Below, in pieces: positions 1 to 9,626 of a DNA stretch of 64,000 nt. Every line of letters starts with the position of its first letter. The stretch's first letter is position 1. Made by a program: the position numbers and the translations under genes. The notes beneath the pieces are model-generated. The model had not been told where the DNA came from, searched no databases, and saw nothing but the letters and a program-made list of their open reading frames with translations. This DNA is from an uncultured delta proteobacterium. GTDB taxonomy: Bacteria; Desulfobacterota; RBG-13-43-22. Location of the stretch: positions 12,667 through 76,666 of the forward strand of contig CAVQFQ010000011.1 of assembly GCA_963711835.1 (NCBI GenBank). The letters are read 5' to 3'.

Positions 1-286
1 TTGGGTCGCCCTGAGAAGAACAAAGCAGGCCGTTGACTACCTCGTTAATGGTCCCGTCCCCGCCATGAACCCCGATAGTGCTGAAACCCAAATCCCTTGC
101 CTTTTGGGCCAATAGCCGGGCATGGCCGGGATATTCCGTCAGCCAGGCCTCAAATTTCGGCAGCAGGCCTTCCAACAACGACTGATTACGAAGCCAGTCT
201 CGTCCGGTGCGGCCGTTGGCGCTGGCCGGATTAACAATGATGACCCAGGAAGGACGGCTTTTTATGGCAGGGCTGGCAGCGGGCAT
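1..286 (-). CDS. Diacylglycerol/lipid kinase family protein (YegS-like), N-terminal part; runs off the window edge
   Basis: Manual minus-strand translation from ATG 286: MPAASPAIKSRPSWVIIVNPASANGRT...GGDGTINEVVNGLL (DAGKc NPxS and GGDGT motifs). Not in the ORF track. Confidence 0.85.
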   Translation of the reverse strand, partial: MPAASPAIKSRPSWVIIVNPASANGRTGRDWLRNQSLLEGLLPKFEAWLTEYPGHARLLAQKARDLGFSTIGVHGGDGTINEVVNGLLCSSQGDP

Positions 287-420
287 GAGAGTATTCCTAA
301 CAGAAATGCCCAACGGGTGCAAGCCCCCTAATATCTTATTGATCTTCAACCCGATTTCTTTTATGATTCGGACTATTGACCGTAATAAAAAATGCTAAAC
401 TTTTCTCAGGAGGCTTTCCC

Positions 421-2169
421 ATGGAAAGACAAATATGGCATCAACACAAGTGGCCGCCGGAAGCCCCGATTTCTTTGGATTATACCCCCCAGCCGCTTTT
501 TCAATTCCTCGACGATCGTGCCAAACAGTCTCCTAACCAACCCTACACCATCTTTGCCGGCCTTCATCAGACCTACCGGCAAACCCAGGATATGGCCAAT
601 CGGGTGGCCACCTTCCTGGTCCAAAAGGGTATCAAGCCGGGTGAGCGGGTGGCTTTATTCCTGCCCAACCTGCCCCACTTCCCGGTCTCATTTTTTGGTA
701 TCTTGAAGTCCGGTGCCGTCTGTGTCACCTGCAACCCTTTGTACAAGGCCAATGAACTCAACTTTCAATTGAAGGATTCGGGGGCCACGGCCCTCTTTGT
801 CCTGGACCACCCCATTTTTTACCCCACCGCCCTGGAAGCCATTAAAGGGAGCGATGTTAAAACGGTGGTCATTTGCAGTGTGAAAGATTTCCTGCCCGGA
901 TTTAAGGCCTTTCTGGGCGGGCTGTTGGGAAAGATCCCCAAGGCCCCCGCCTTGGATCCCAGCCATAGCTTGTTCCGGGATGTTTTAAAAACACCGGCTT
1001 CCCCGCCGACCTTGACCATAAACCCCTTGCATGACTTGGCCTTGATTTTATACACCGGCGGTACCACCGGTGTTCCCAAGGGCGCCTCCTTGACCCATAA
1101 TAATATCGGATCCAATTTGAAAATGCTGGATGAGTGGGCCCTCCTGGAACAGGAAGACGGGAAGCCGGCCGTCAAGTTCTCAACTGCAGGCCAACAAACC
1201 TTCATGGGGGTTCTGCCCTGGTATCATTCATACGGCCTGACCCTGACCCTGCTTAACGCCTGTGCCGGCGGTTTTGAAGTGGTCTGTGTGCCGGATCCCC
1301 GGGCCGGAAAGCCACCTTTCACTGAAGTATTAAAATTGATCCAAAAACACAAAGTAACCATACTCCATGGGGTGCCTACCCTCTACAGTGCCATTATCAA
1401 TCATCCGCTGGTCAATAAATTCAATCTCCGGTCCATTAGGTATTGCGCCTCCGGTGCCGCGCCTCTTCCATTGGAGGTGGCCCGAAAATTCGAGGAATTG
1501 ACCGGGGCCATCTTGGTGGAGGGCTACGGCCTCAGCGAGACCTCGCCGGTTACCCATAGCAACCCGAGCAACAAGAAAAATCGAAAGTTCGGCAGCGTCG
1601 GGCTTCCCATGCCGGACACCTATGTCAAGATCCTGGATATTGAAACCGGCACCCAGGAGCTCCCCTTGGGTGGGGACGGCGAAATTGCCGTCAGCGGCCC
1701 GCAGGTCATGCAAGGTTATTGGAATAAGCCGGAGGAAAATGAACAGGTCTTCCGCATGATTGACGGAAGACGCTACTTCCTGACCGGAGACATCGGCCAC
1801 CTGGACGAAGAAGGCTTTACCATCATCACTGACCGAAAAAAGGATATGATCATCGTCGGCGGCCTCAAGGCCTTCCCCAAGGAAGTGGAAGAGGTCCTTT
1901 ACACCCACCCCAAAGTGGCCAATGCAGCCGTCATCGGGGTGCCCGATCCTAAAAGCGGGGAAAAGGTCAAGGCCTTCATTCAGCTCAAACCGGGTGAAAC
2001 CGCCACCGAGGAGGAAATCATCGCCTTTTGCCAGGACCGCATGGCCCCTTACAAAAGACCGCACCTGGTGGAATTCAGAGAGGCCCTGCCCATGACGCCG
2101 GTAGGCAAGATCCTCCGCCGCGTCCTAAAGGACGAAGAGAAGGAAAAGGCCAAACTGGCCGGGAAATAG
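421..2169 (+). CDS. Long-chain fatty acid-CoA ligase (FadD-like)
   Basis: YTGGTTGVPKG AMP-binding motif, EGYGLSE, TGDIG, C-terminal GKILRR; SD AGGAGG before ATG 421. Confidence 0.92.
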   Translation: MERQIWHQHKWPPEAPISLDYTPQPLFQFLDDRAKQSPNQPYTIFAGLHQTYRQTQDMANRVATFLVQKGIKPGERVALFLPNLPHFPVSFFGILKSGAVCVTCNPLYKANELNFQLKDSGATALFVLDHPIFYPTALEAIKGSDVKTVVICSVKDFLPGFKAFLGGLLGKIPKAPALDPSHSLFRDVLKTPASPPTLTINPLHDLALILYTGGTTGVPKGASLTHNNIGSNLKMLDEWALLEQEDGKPAVKFSTAGQQTFMGVLPWYHSYGLTLTLLNACAGGFEVVCVPDPRAGKPPFTEVLKLIQKHKVTILHGVPTLYSAIINHPLVNKFNLRSIRYCASGAAPLPLEVARKFEELTGAILVEGYGLSETSPVTHSNPSNKKNRKFGSVGLPMPDTYVKILDIETGTQELPLGGDGEIAVSGPQVMQGYWNKPEENEQVFRMIDGRRYFLTGDIGHLDEEGFTIITDRKKDMIIVGGLKAFPKEVEEVLYTHPKVANAAVIGVPDPKSGEKVKAFIQLKPGETATEEEIIAFCQDRMAPYKRPHLVEFREALPMTPVGKILRRVLKDEEKEKAKLAGK

Positions 2170-2217
2170 GTTCTTATAGTCTTATTTCGAATTTGAAACC
2201 AAAACTTCAATTACTTT

Positions 2218-2386
2218 GAGGTTCTTGCAAATCTCTCAAATTTCGTCACACCGGCGAACCCCGGATCAGATCCGGGGCAGGCGCCGGTAATCCAGACGTC
2301 GTCCCGGTGGAAGCCGGGAACCATGACAGAGAACCTGGATTCCGGCTTTCGCCGGAATGACATCACTGGACTTTTGCAAAAGGCTC
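2218..2386. repeat. Nested palindromic REP/MITE-like element
   Basis: Outer imperfect IR GAGGTTCTTGCAAA / TTTTGCAAAAGGCTC; inner GTCACACCGGCGAA..GCCGGTAATCCAG versus CTGGATTCCGGCTTTCGCCGGAATGAC; inserted hairpin CCCCGGATCAGATCCGGGG. Confidence 0.75.
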
Positions 2387-2448
2387 CTTTGGGTTCGTAT
2401 TTTGTCATAATCTTTTCACCCGTCACTTGAATTCGTAGGAGGTTTTCA

Positions 2449-3090
2449 TTGATTGTTGAACAGATGCTCGTCGGCCCCATGGCCGTTTTCTGTTATATAG
2501 TGGGCTGTGAAGAAACGCGGGAAGGGGTCCTGATCGATCCGGCCGGCAATGAAGACAGTATCCTCCGCAAATTGGCCCGATTGAATTTGCGGCCCCTGTA
2601 TATCATCAATACCCACGGCCATGCCGACCACACCTGCGGCAATCAACTACTAACTGATCGCACCGGGGCCCGGATTGTCATGCATGAGGCCGATGCCAAA
2701 CTCTTTGACCTGCCCAGCGCCAAGATCATGGCCGGCCAGATGGGTTTCCGGCCCTCCCCGCCTACCGATATGAAGGTCCGGGATGGAGACCGGATTCAAT
2801 TTGGAAACGAGTTTCTGGAGGTGATTCACACCCCTGGCCATACCCCCGGCAGCATGTGTCTCTTCGGGAAGAAAAACCTCTTTACCGGCGACACCCTCTT
2901 CGTCGGGGCCGTGGGCCGGACCGACCTTCCGGGCGGCTCTTTCGATGTACTTCTCAATTCCCTGCGGCACAAGATCCTGCCCTTACCGGATGAGACCATC
3001 GTCTGGCCGGGACATGATTACGGGGAAACGCCGACCTCGACGATCGGCCGGGAGAAGAAAACCAACCCCTATCTGACCGATTTTTTTTAG
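2449..3090 (+). CDS. MBL-fold metallo-hydrolase (glyoxalase II-like)
   Basis: THGHADH, HTPGHT, FTGDTLF, PGH motifs; SD AGGAGG before TTG. Confidence 0.9.
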   Translation: MIVEQMLVGPMAVFCYIVGCEETREGVLIDPAGNEDSILRKLARLNLRPLYIINTHGHADHTCGNQLLTDRTGARIVMHEADAKLFDLPSAKIMAGQMGFRPSPPTDMKVRDGDRIQFGNEFLEVIHTPGHTPGSMCLFGKKNLFTGDTLFVGAVGRTDLPGGSFDVLLNSLRHKILPLPDETIVWPGHDYGETPTSTIGREKKTNPYLTDFF

Positions 3091-3099
3091 GTGCGAACG

Positions 3100-3954
3100 A
3101 TGCCGTCAAAACCTAAACGACCCTTTCGTTCCTTCCTTTTCTTCCTGGCCCTGGTGGTCTTTATCCCGGGACCGGCTTTTGGAAAAATGTTTCCCCTCTG
3201 GGAGATCGGTGTCGGCGCCGGTGGTCTCTATATGCCGGACTATCGCGGCTCCGATGAATCCCGGGGTTATGCCCTGGCTTATCCTTATCTGGTCTACCGT
3301 GGAGAAACCATTAAGATCGATCGAGAAAGTATCAGTGGTCTCCTGTTCAAGACCGACCGCCTGAAATTGGAATTCAGCGCCAATGCCTCCGTACCTGTTA
3401 AAAGCTCTGAGAATAGAGCCCGCCGGGGTATGCCGGACCTGGACCCCACCTTTGAGTTTGGTCCTTCTCTGGAATGGCTTTTATCCGAGAATAAAAATAA
3501 GGGCTACAAGTTAACCTTTAATTTTCCGGTGCGGGCCGTCTTTTCAACCGATTTACGCCAAATCATCCCCCAGGGTTGGACCTTCAGCCCGCGCCTGAAT
3601 CTGGATCTCTTTGACACGGGACCCACCAAAGGCTGGTATCTGGGGATGGGCCTCGGGCCGGTCTTTGGGGATCAAACCTTTCATGATTATTATTACCGGG
3701 TGGACCAGGCCTATGCCGCTTCAGATCGGCCGGCTTACTCGGCCTCAGGAGGATACAGCGGGATGCAGTTTGGCGCCTCTTTTGGCAAATATTTCGGCAA
3801 ACTCTGGGTCGGCCTATTCGGCCGGGCCGATTTTTTGAACGGGGCAGCCTTTGCCGACAGCCCCCTGGTCAAAACCAACACTAACTTCCTGGTCGGCCTG
3901 GCCGTTTCCTATATCTTCTGGGAATCCAAAACCCTGGTTGAAGCGGACAAGTAG
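3100..3954 (+). CDS. MipA/OmpV family outer-membrane protein
   Basis: Signal peptide; WEIGVGAG..PDYRGSD, RGMPDLDPTFEFGP, YYY..RPAYSASGGYSG motifs. Confidence 0.8.
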   Translation: MPSKPKRPFRSFLFFLALVVFIPGPAFGKMFPLWEIGVGAGGLYMPDYRGSDESRGYALAYPYLVYRGETIKIDRESISGLLFKTDRLKLEFSANASVPVKSSENRARRGMPDLDPTFEFGPSLEWLLSENKNKGYKLTFNFPVRAVFSTDLRQIIPQGWTFSPRLNLDLFDTGPTKGWYLGMGLGPVFGDQTFHDYYYRVDQAYAASDRPAYSASGGYSGMQFGASFGKYFGKLWVGLFGRADFLNGAAFADSPLVKTNTNFLVGLAVSYIFWESKTLVEADK

Positions 3955-3968
3955 CCGGAAGAAGTCCC

Positions 3969-4559
3969 CTAGGGCGGGCATCTCCCCTGAACCTCATCAG
4001 GCGAATAAGCCTTGGCCTTGAACACCACCGCCGGCCGGGTGCGGCTGGAATACCTGAATCCCTCGGCCTCCCTGACCGTCCCGTACCTTTCCTCCAGCTC
4101 TTGGAGAGGGCCCGCATCCAGGGCCCGCACCGGACAGGCCTCGATACAATTCGGCAGCTTCCCCTGGACGACGCGGTCCAGACAATAGTTGCACTTGCGC
4201 ATCCTGGCCCCCTTCTCCGGGCCGAATTGCGGTGCATCATAAGGGCAGGCCTTGCGGCACTTTTCATCGCAGGCTTCATTTCCAAGACAGACCTGGCTGT
4301 CGACCAGGACGATACCGTCCTGTTCCCGTTTGGTAATAGCGCCGACCGGACAGGCCAAAACGCAGACCGGCTCAAGGCAATGCCAGCAGGGGGCGATCAT
4401 ATAACTGACAAATACCTTCGGGAACGTCCCTTTCTCGTTGTAAAGGACCCGCATCCAGTTTTCGGGTCCGGCCGGAATGTCATGCCAGTCCTTGCAAGCC
4501 ACGCGACAGGCGCTGCACCCGGTGCAGCGGGTCTGGTCGAAGTAAAAACCGATCTGCAT
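3969..4559 (-). CDS. DmsB-like 4Fe-4S electron-transfer subunit
   Basis: GFYFDQTRCTGCSACRVACKDW, CWHCLEPVCVLACP, KCNYC..PNCIEACP. Confidence 0.9.
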   Translation of the reverse strand: MQIGFYFDQTRCTGCSACRVACKDWHDIPAGPENWMRVLYNEKGTFPKVFVSYMIAPCWHCLEPVCVLACPVGAITKREQDGIVLVDSQVCLGNEACDEKCRKACPYDAPQFGPEKGARMRKCNYCLDRVVQGKLPNCIEACPVRALDAGPLQELEERYGTVREAEGFRYSSRTRPAVVFKAKAYSPDEVQGRCPP

Positions 4560-4621
4560 ACCCTTACCCTCTTAGATTCCTTTTTTATCCAGTTTTACAA
4601 TTTGTTTCTTGACAGGTTTTT

Positions 4622-4740
4622 AAATCCGAAATTCGAAGCACGAAATCCGAAACAAGCACGAAGGTCCAAAACTTTATTGACCAAAACAAAAACTTTTAGA
4701 TTTTGGAATTTGATCATTTGAAGTTTCGTTTCGAATTTTT
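4622..4740. repeat. Heptamer-repeat inverted element
   Basis: AAATCCG-AAATTCG-AAGCACG-AAATCCG run with a complementary TTTCGTTTCGAATTT arm. Confidence 0.55.
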
Positions 4741-4764
4741 AGCCAAAAATTTAAAAATTTTTGG

Positions 4765-6984
4765 CTATGTTTTCTCCACCTGCACCAGGGAGGTGTTCAT
4801 GACACAGGCGCCGCCCGGCGAATACGCATCATTGGTCAAGGTGTTGGCGCAGGCCCCTTGATCGATGCCCTTTTCGTCCGGGGCATACCAGGCCCCTTCG
4901 AAGATACAGACAACCCCGGGAATAATCCTTTCGGTCAGCCAGGCGGTGATGGCCACCCGGCCGCGGTCGTTGAAGACCTGGACCTCGTCCCCGTCCCGGA
5001 TCCCCCGGGAAAGGGCGTCATCGGGGTTGATCCAGACCCGGTGAGGCTCCACTTCCCTGAGCCAGTCCACCTTGTACAGCTCCGAGTGCACCCGGTTTTT
5101 GGGGTGAGGAGTGAGGAGCTGCAAGGGGTATTTCTGTCGCAGGGGATCGTATTGATCCTCCGGGGTGCCCAGGTATTTTGGGATAGGCGGGCAGAGCGGA
5201 TTGTTCAGGTCCGCAGCGCGCTGGGAAAAGATCTCGATCTTACCGGACGGGGTGGGAAAAGGATTTTTATCCGGGTCCTCAATCTGCTCCCTGAAGGCCA
5301 CAATGGGCTCGGCCAACCGTATCCGATGAATCCCTTCCTGCCGGAACTTTTCATAATCCTTGATATGGGACGACAGGTCCGGGGTCTTTTCCCAAAACAT
5401 CCTGAGCCATTGGTCCTCTGAATAGGGATTGAAATCCTTGAATCCCAGGCGGCCGGCCAGTTCGCTGACGATATCCAGGTCGGATTTGCATTCGCCCAGG
5501 GGCTCAATGGCCCGGTTGACAAAGGTGAAATAGGGACCGGAAGGCCAGGGACGGGTCAGATCGTTTCTTTCGGCGGCGCTGGTCACCGGCAAAAGCAAGT
5601 CGGCGTAGCGGGCCTGGGGGGTCATGAAAAGCTCATTGACGGCCAGGAACTCCAGCCTTTTCAAGGCCTGGGCCGCCTTATTGCTGTTTCCGGTCTGGTT
5701 CAGATAGTTGTTGCACATGGACCACATCAGCTTGATGTCGGAAGGATAGCCGCCGGCCTGGCCCCGAAGGATGGCGTCGAAGATCTTGTTGATATGGACC
5801 CGTTTGACGACCCGGAGCTTGATATCCAGGGTCCCCTTGACGTTGGGACCATCCTGCTCGAAAGGGTTCTTGCCGGGCGGGATGGCGGGCATGCGGAACA
5901 TGTGGCCCACGGGAAGGCCCATCAGGCCGCCGCCGGCGCTGCCGCCCGGGCGGCCCACGTTGCCGGTCATGGCGCACAAGGTGGCGGCGCAGCGGTTGTA
6001 CTGTTCTCCCATGGCGCTCCGGGCCGGGCCCTGGCAGTCCATCAGGGCGGCCGGCCTGGTTTGGGCATATTCGCGGGCCAGGCGTTCGATGGTGGATGCG
6101 CTGACGCCCGAGATCTCCGCCGCCCAGGACGGGGTTTTGTCCTGGCCGTCCTCCTGCCCTAGGACATAGGCCTTGAATGGTTCAAAACCGACCGCGTACT
6201 TGTCCAGAAAGGCCTGGTCCTGGAGGCCCTCCTTGATCATGACGTTGGCCATGGCGATCATGACGGCGGTGTCGGTCCCGGGACGGATGGGGATCCATTC
6301 CTGGGCTACGGTGGCCGCCGTATCATGGTAACGGGGATCGACGGCAATGATCCTGGCCCCGTTTTCCCTGGCCTTGATCAGGTGATACATGGTGTTGGTG
6401 CCGGAGATCATCCGGGCCGGATCCCAGCCCCAGAGGATGATCAACCGGGAGTTGAGCATGTCCTCCCGGCTGTGGCCCACCATCACCGACCCGTATTGGG
6501 TCAGCGAGGCCCAGACCGCTCCTTCCGAGGAGATGTTGCCGTAATGGGTCACATACCCCCCGAACTGCCCCAGGAGCCTGGAGGCCGCCAAACCGCCGTT
6601 GTGCAGGCTGGCCAGATAGCCGCCTCCGGTGGCCAGGAATATCCCCTGGTTTCCGCAGGTCTCTTTTACCCGGATAAGCTCCCTGGCCAGCAGATCCAGA
6701 GCTTCATCCCAAGAGATGCGTTTGAACCGGCCTTCACCCTTTTCGCCCGTCCTTTTTTGGGGAAACATAAGGCGTTCCGGGTGGTGGACCATCTGGCGGT
6801 AGGCCCGGCAGCGGAGACAGGTTCGGAGCTGTTCCGGCTCCGGACCCTCGTCGCCTTCGACGCGGATGATCCGATTATCCCTGACGTGCAGTCTCAGCGG
6901 GCATCTGCCCCCGCAATCGAAGGTGGAAGTGGCCCGGACAATCCTGACCTGGCTGCTATCCTGGTTTAATTCGGCGCTATCCAT
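4765..6984 (-). CDS. Molybdopterin oxidoreductase catalytic subunit, DmsA/BisC-like
   Basis: DCGGRCPL Fe-S motif, RISWDEA, IRPGTD, TPSGKIE, C-terminal molydopterin-binding domain; no Tat signal. Confidence 0.9.
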   Translation of the reverse strand: MDSAELNQDSSQVRIVRATSTFDCGGRCPLRLHVRDNRIIRVEGDEGPEPEQLRTCLRCRAYRQMVHHPERLMFPQKRTGEKGEGRFKRISWDEALDLLARELIRVKETCGNQGIFLATGGGYLASLHNGGLAASRLLGQFGGYVTHYGNISSEGAVWASLTQYGSVMVGHSREDMLNSRLIILWGWDPARMISGTNTMYHLIKARENGARIIAVDPRYHDTAATVAQEWIPIRPGTDTAVMIAMANVMIKEGLQDQAFLDKYAVGFEPFKAYVLGQEDGQDKTPSWAAEISGVSASTIERLAREYAQTRPAALMDCQGPARSAMGEQYNRCAATLCAMTGNVGRPGGSAGGGLMGLPVGHMFRMPAIPPGKNPFEQDGPNVKGTLDIKLRVVKRVHINKIFDAILRGQAGGYPSDIKLMWSMCNNYLNQTGNSNKAAQALKRLEFLAVNELFMTPQARYADLLLPVTSAAERNDLTRPWPSGPYFTFVNRAIEPLGECKSDLDIVSELAGRLGFKDFNPYSEDQWLRMFWEKTPDLSSHIKDYEKFRQEGIHRIRLAEPIVAFREQIEDPDKNPFPTPSGKIEIFSQRAADLNNPLCPPIPKYLGTPEDQYDPLRQKYPLQLLTPHPKNRVHSELYKVDWLREVEPHRVWINPDDALSRGIRDGDEVQVFNDRGRVAITAWLTERIIPGVVCIFEGAWYAPDEKGIDQGACANTLTNDAYSPGGACVMNTSLVQVEKT

Positions 6985-7111
6985 AAAAATCTCCCCAAGG
7001 GACCTGGTTAAATAATTGAGGTTGCCCCAAAGCCCAATGGCTCGTTTTTTTTAATAGACCAGCTCCATGAGCTCTAAATCACGTTACGTTGGGACTACCT
7101 CGAATAATTTT

Positions 7112-7987
7112 TTATTTTTTCTTGGTATAATCGTACCAGCCTTTTCCGGTTTTCTCCCCGTAGCTGCCCTGGGTATATTTTTCCGCGAGGCTCGGAACCG
7201 GAAGGTCGGCTAAATCGCCGGTCTTCTTGAACCGTTCCTTGGCCATGATATAGGCCAGGTCGATTCCCGTCAGATCCATCAGCCGGAAGGGTCCCATGGG
7301 ATGGCCTGCTCCATAGACGCAGGCCTTGTCTATGTCTTCGGCACTGGCAATGCCCATCTCCAGCATCCATAGGGCTTCCCGGCTTATTACCCGGAAAATT
7401 CGGTTCAACAGGAATCCATCCACTTCTTTTTTAATCAGAACCGGCACCTTATCCAATTTTTCACTCAGGTCCATCGTTACCTTGGCGGTCTCTTCCGAAA
7501 CATGGGGTCCCTGGACCACCTCGACGAGTTTCATCACCAGCGCCGGGTTGAAGAAGTGCATGTTGACGACCTGGTCCGGTCTTTTGGTGGCGTCGGCAAT
7601 GAGAGAGCTGACAATGGCCGAACTATTGGTCGCCAGGACGGCCTGAGAAGGGGTCAGCCGGTCGAGATCGGCAAAGACCTTTCTTTTGATATCGAGAACC
7701 TCTATGGCGGCTTCGATGACAAAGTCGGCGTCTTTGGCCGCCTCCTTCAAATCGAGGCTGAAGGAGAGTTTCCGGCGGGCCGCCTCGGCCTGCTCCTTGG
7801 TCAATTTCCCTTTCTCCACCCTTCCGGGCAAGTAGGTGTCCGCAAATTTTTCGGCCTTCTTTAAGGTTTCCGGGACTACATCCGTACAGGCGGTCTGGTA
7901 CCCATGGATGGCGCAAAGAATGGAAATCTGATGGCCCATGTTGCCGGCCCCCACTACACAAACCTTTTTAATGTCATTGACGTTCAT
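7112..7987 (-). CDS. 3-hydroxyacyl-CoA dehydrogenase
   Basis: VGAGNMG Rossmann motif, ATNSS, MHFFNP, GHPMGPF, GEKTGKGWY. Confidence 0.92.
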   Translation of the reverse strand: MNVNDIKKVCVVGAGNMGHQISILCAIHGYQTACTDVVPETLKKAEKFADTYLPGRVEKGKLTKEQAEAARRKLSFSLDLKEAAKDADFVIEAAIEVLDIKRKVFADLDRLTPSQAVLATNSSAIVSSLIADATKRPDQVVNMHFFNPALVMKLVEVVQGPHVSEETAKVTMDLSEKLDKVPVLIKKEVDGFLLNRIFRVISREALWMLEMGIASAEDIDKACVYGAGHPMGPFRLMDLTGIDLAYIMAKERFKKTGDLADLPVPSLAEKYTQGSYGEKTGKGWYDYTKKK

Positions 7988-8185
7988 TTCTTTTCTCCCT
8001 TCCTGAGGCTTAAAAAAAGAGGCTGCGTCTAAGATAACTGATAACAGGACATCGCGGTCCTTCTGTTTTCAAGCTCGTTTGATAATCGAGCGCAGTATCC
8101 TTTCGGCATGGAAATAATATAAAATATGCCCGGATAAGCGTCAACAGGAAAGAACCGTAACCCCCATTCTCGTATCTAATGGCTA

Positions 8186-9277
8186 TTATCTCGAATGAAG
8201 GGTTAGATTTCTCAGATAGACCCCCTCTTCCAGAAACCAATCCCGAAGCTGGTTGAGTTTTTTTAGGGCCTTTCCTGAATCGACCGCTTCCCTCGCCAGA
8301 TCCAGGCCCCCTTTAAGGTCCTTCGCCTTCCCGGCGATGTACAGGGCCGCCCCGGCATTGACCAGTACGGCATCCTTTCGAGGTCCCGGCTCACCTGAAA
8401 GGATAGCCTCGATGATCCGGGCATTTTGTTTGGCATCGCCTCCTTCAAGTTCTTTGGCCTCCGCCATTTTGATTCCCAGATCCTCCGGTTTAATCTGATA
8501 GGTCTTGATCCGGCCATTTTGGAGTTCACTGATCTGAGTCGTTCCGGTGACGGAAATCTCGTCCATGGTATCCTGACCATGAACTATCAGAGCCCTTTCC
8601 GCACCGAGCCTGGCCAGGACTTCAGCTATCAAGGTAGTCTGGTCGGGTTGATAGACACCAAGCACTCGAATCCTGGCACCCGCCGGATTGGCTAAGGGTC
8701 CCAAAAAATTGAGTAGGGTCCGGATACCCATTTCCTCGCGGATGGAAAGCAGCTTCCCCGGTCCGTTTTGAATAGCCGAAGAAAAGAGAAAACCGACGCC
8801 GACCTCTCGCAGGCACCTTTCCAACTGGGAAGGGGTGAGATCTAACAAGATCCCGAGGTTCAGCAGAACCTGTTCACTTCCACAATAAGCTGAAGCGGAG
8901 CGCAGTCCGAATTTGGCCACCGGCACTCCGACCCCGGCCACTACAAAGGTTGCGGCGGTCGAAATATTAAAGATACGAGTAACCCCCTCCCTCCCGGAAG
9001 TACCCAGGATCGTTTCCTGATCCAGGTGGATCTCTTCCCGATCCAAGGCCATCACAGAGGGAGGGCCGTTAATCCCCTGAATCCGTTTACGAACGGCTTT
9101 GGCCGCCCCGGTTAGTTCATCGGCGGTGAGCCCGTTGATCCTCAAGGCGGTGAGAAAACCTCCGGTCTGCGCTGCCGTGGCGTGCCCATCCAGAACCTCC
9201 CCCAGGACTTCGAAGCTCTCTGCTTCGGTCAGCGACCTTCCTCCAACCAGTTTCATAATAGCTTCCTGAATCTTCAT
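8186..9277 (-). CDS. trpD: Anthranilate phosphoribosyltransferase homologue with degenerate motifs
   Basis: TrpD fold motifs FNIST, GPLANPAG, GVY, DEIS, NAGAAL; SD AAGGAGG upstream; GTGGD and KHGNR motifs altered. Confidence 0.75.
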   Translation of the reverse strand: MKIQEAIMKLVGGRSLTEAESFEVLGEVLDGHATAAQTGGFLTALRINGLTADELTGAAKAVRKRIQGINGPPSVMALDREEIHLDQETILGTSGREGVTRIFNISTAATFVVAGVGVPVAKFGLRSASAYCGSEQVLLNLGILLDLTPSQLERCLREVGVGFLFSSAIQNGPGKLLSIREEMGIRTLLNFLGPLANPAGARIRVLGVYQPDQTTLIAEVLARLGAERALIVHGQDTMDEISVTGTTQISELQNGRIKTYQIKPEDLGIKMAEAKELEGGDAKQNARIIEAILSGEPGPRKDAVLVNAGAALYIAGKAKDLKGGLDLAREAVDSGKALKKLNQLRDWFLEEGVYLRNLTLHSR

Positions 9278-9290
9278 GGCCATCCTCCTT

Positions 9291-9330
9291 AAAAAAAATT
9301 AGGCCGGGGAATCATAATTCCGCGGCCTTT
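9291..9330 (-). terminator. Second (gene-proximal) intrinsic terminator of the trp leader
   Basis: Minus strand AGGCCGCGGAAT-tatg-ATTCCCCGGCCT followed by AA and a T run, directly before the SD. Confidence 0.7.
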
Positions 9331-9334
9331 TAGC

Positions 9335-9369
9335 AAAAAAAAACCGCGGGCCGTTGGGGACCCGCGGTT
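9335..9369 (-). terminator. Attenuator terminator
   Basis: Minus strand AACCGCGGG-tccccaacgg-CCCGCGG followed by T9. Confidence 0.85.
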
Positions 9370-9394
9370 AAAAGTTTAGTCAGTTAGGAATTCA

Positions 9395-9478
9395 TCAGGA
9401 GGGCGGATATACCTCAACGGTCTGGAGGCTGTGCCACCACCACTGCCAGTTCATTTTCGGAAGGTCAATCTTACGCAT
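9395..9478 (-). CDS. trpL: Trp leader peptide MRKIDLPKMNWQWWWHSLQTVEVYPPS
   Basis: 27-codon ORF with four TGG codons directly upstream of terminator hairpins and trpD. Confidence 0.9.
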   Translation of the reverse strand: MRKIDLPKMNWQWWWHSLQTVEVYPPS

Positions 9479-9626
9479 AGTGGCTATCAATTTAGTCCCG
9501 GCAGTCTCCTGTGTCAAGTAAAAATCACCAGAAAATGTTTCCCTTATAGGGAATCATTTGACAGGGGTTTCGGCAAGGCTTATCATTTTCATAAATTTCG
9601 ATTGTTTTTCTTTTGGATACAATTCT

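Noticed and set aside
1330-2064. Long antisense ORFs (also 11475-12572, 14189-14971, 18475-19767, 29067-29885)
   Set aside because: Shadows of well-supported opposite-strand genes in GC-rich DNA, with no family motifs.
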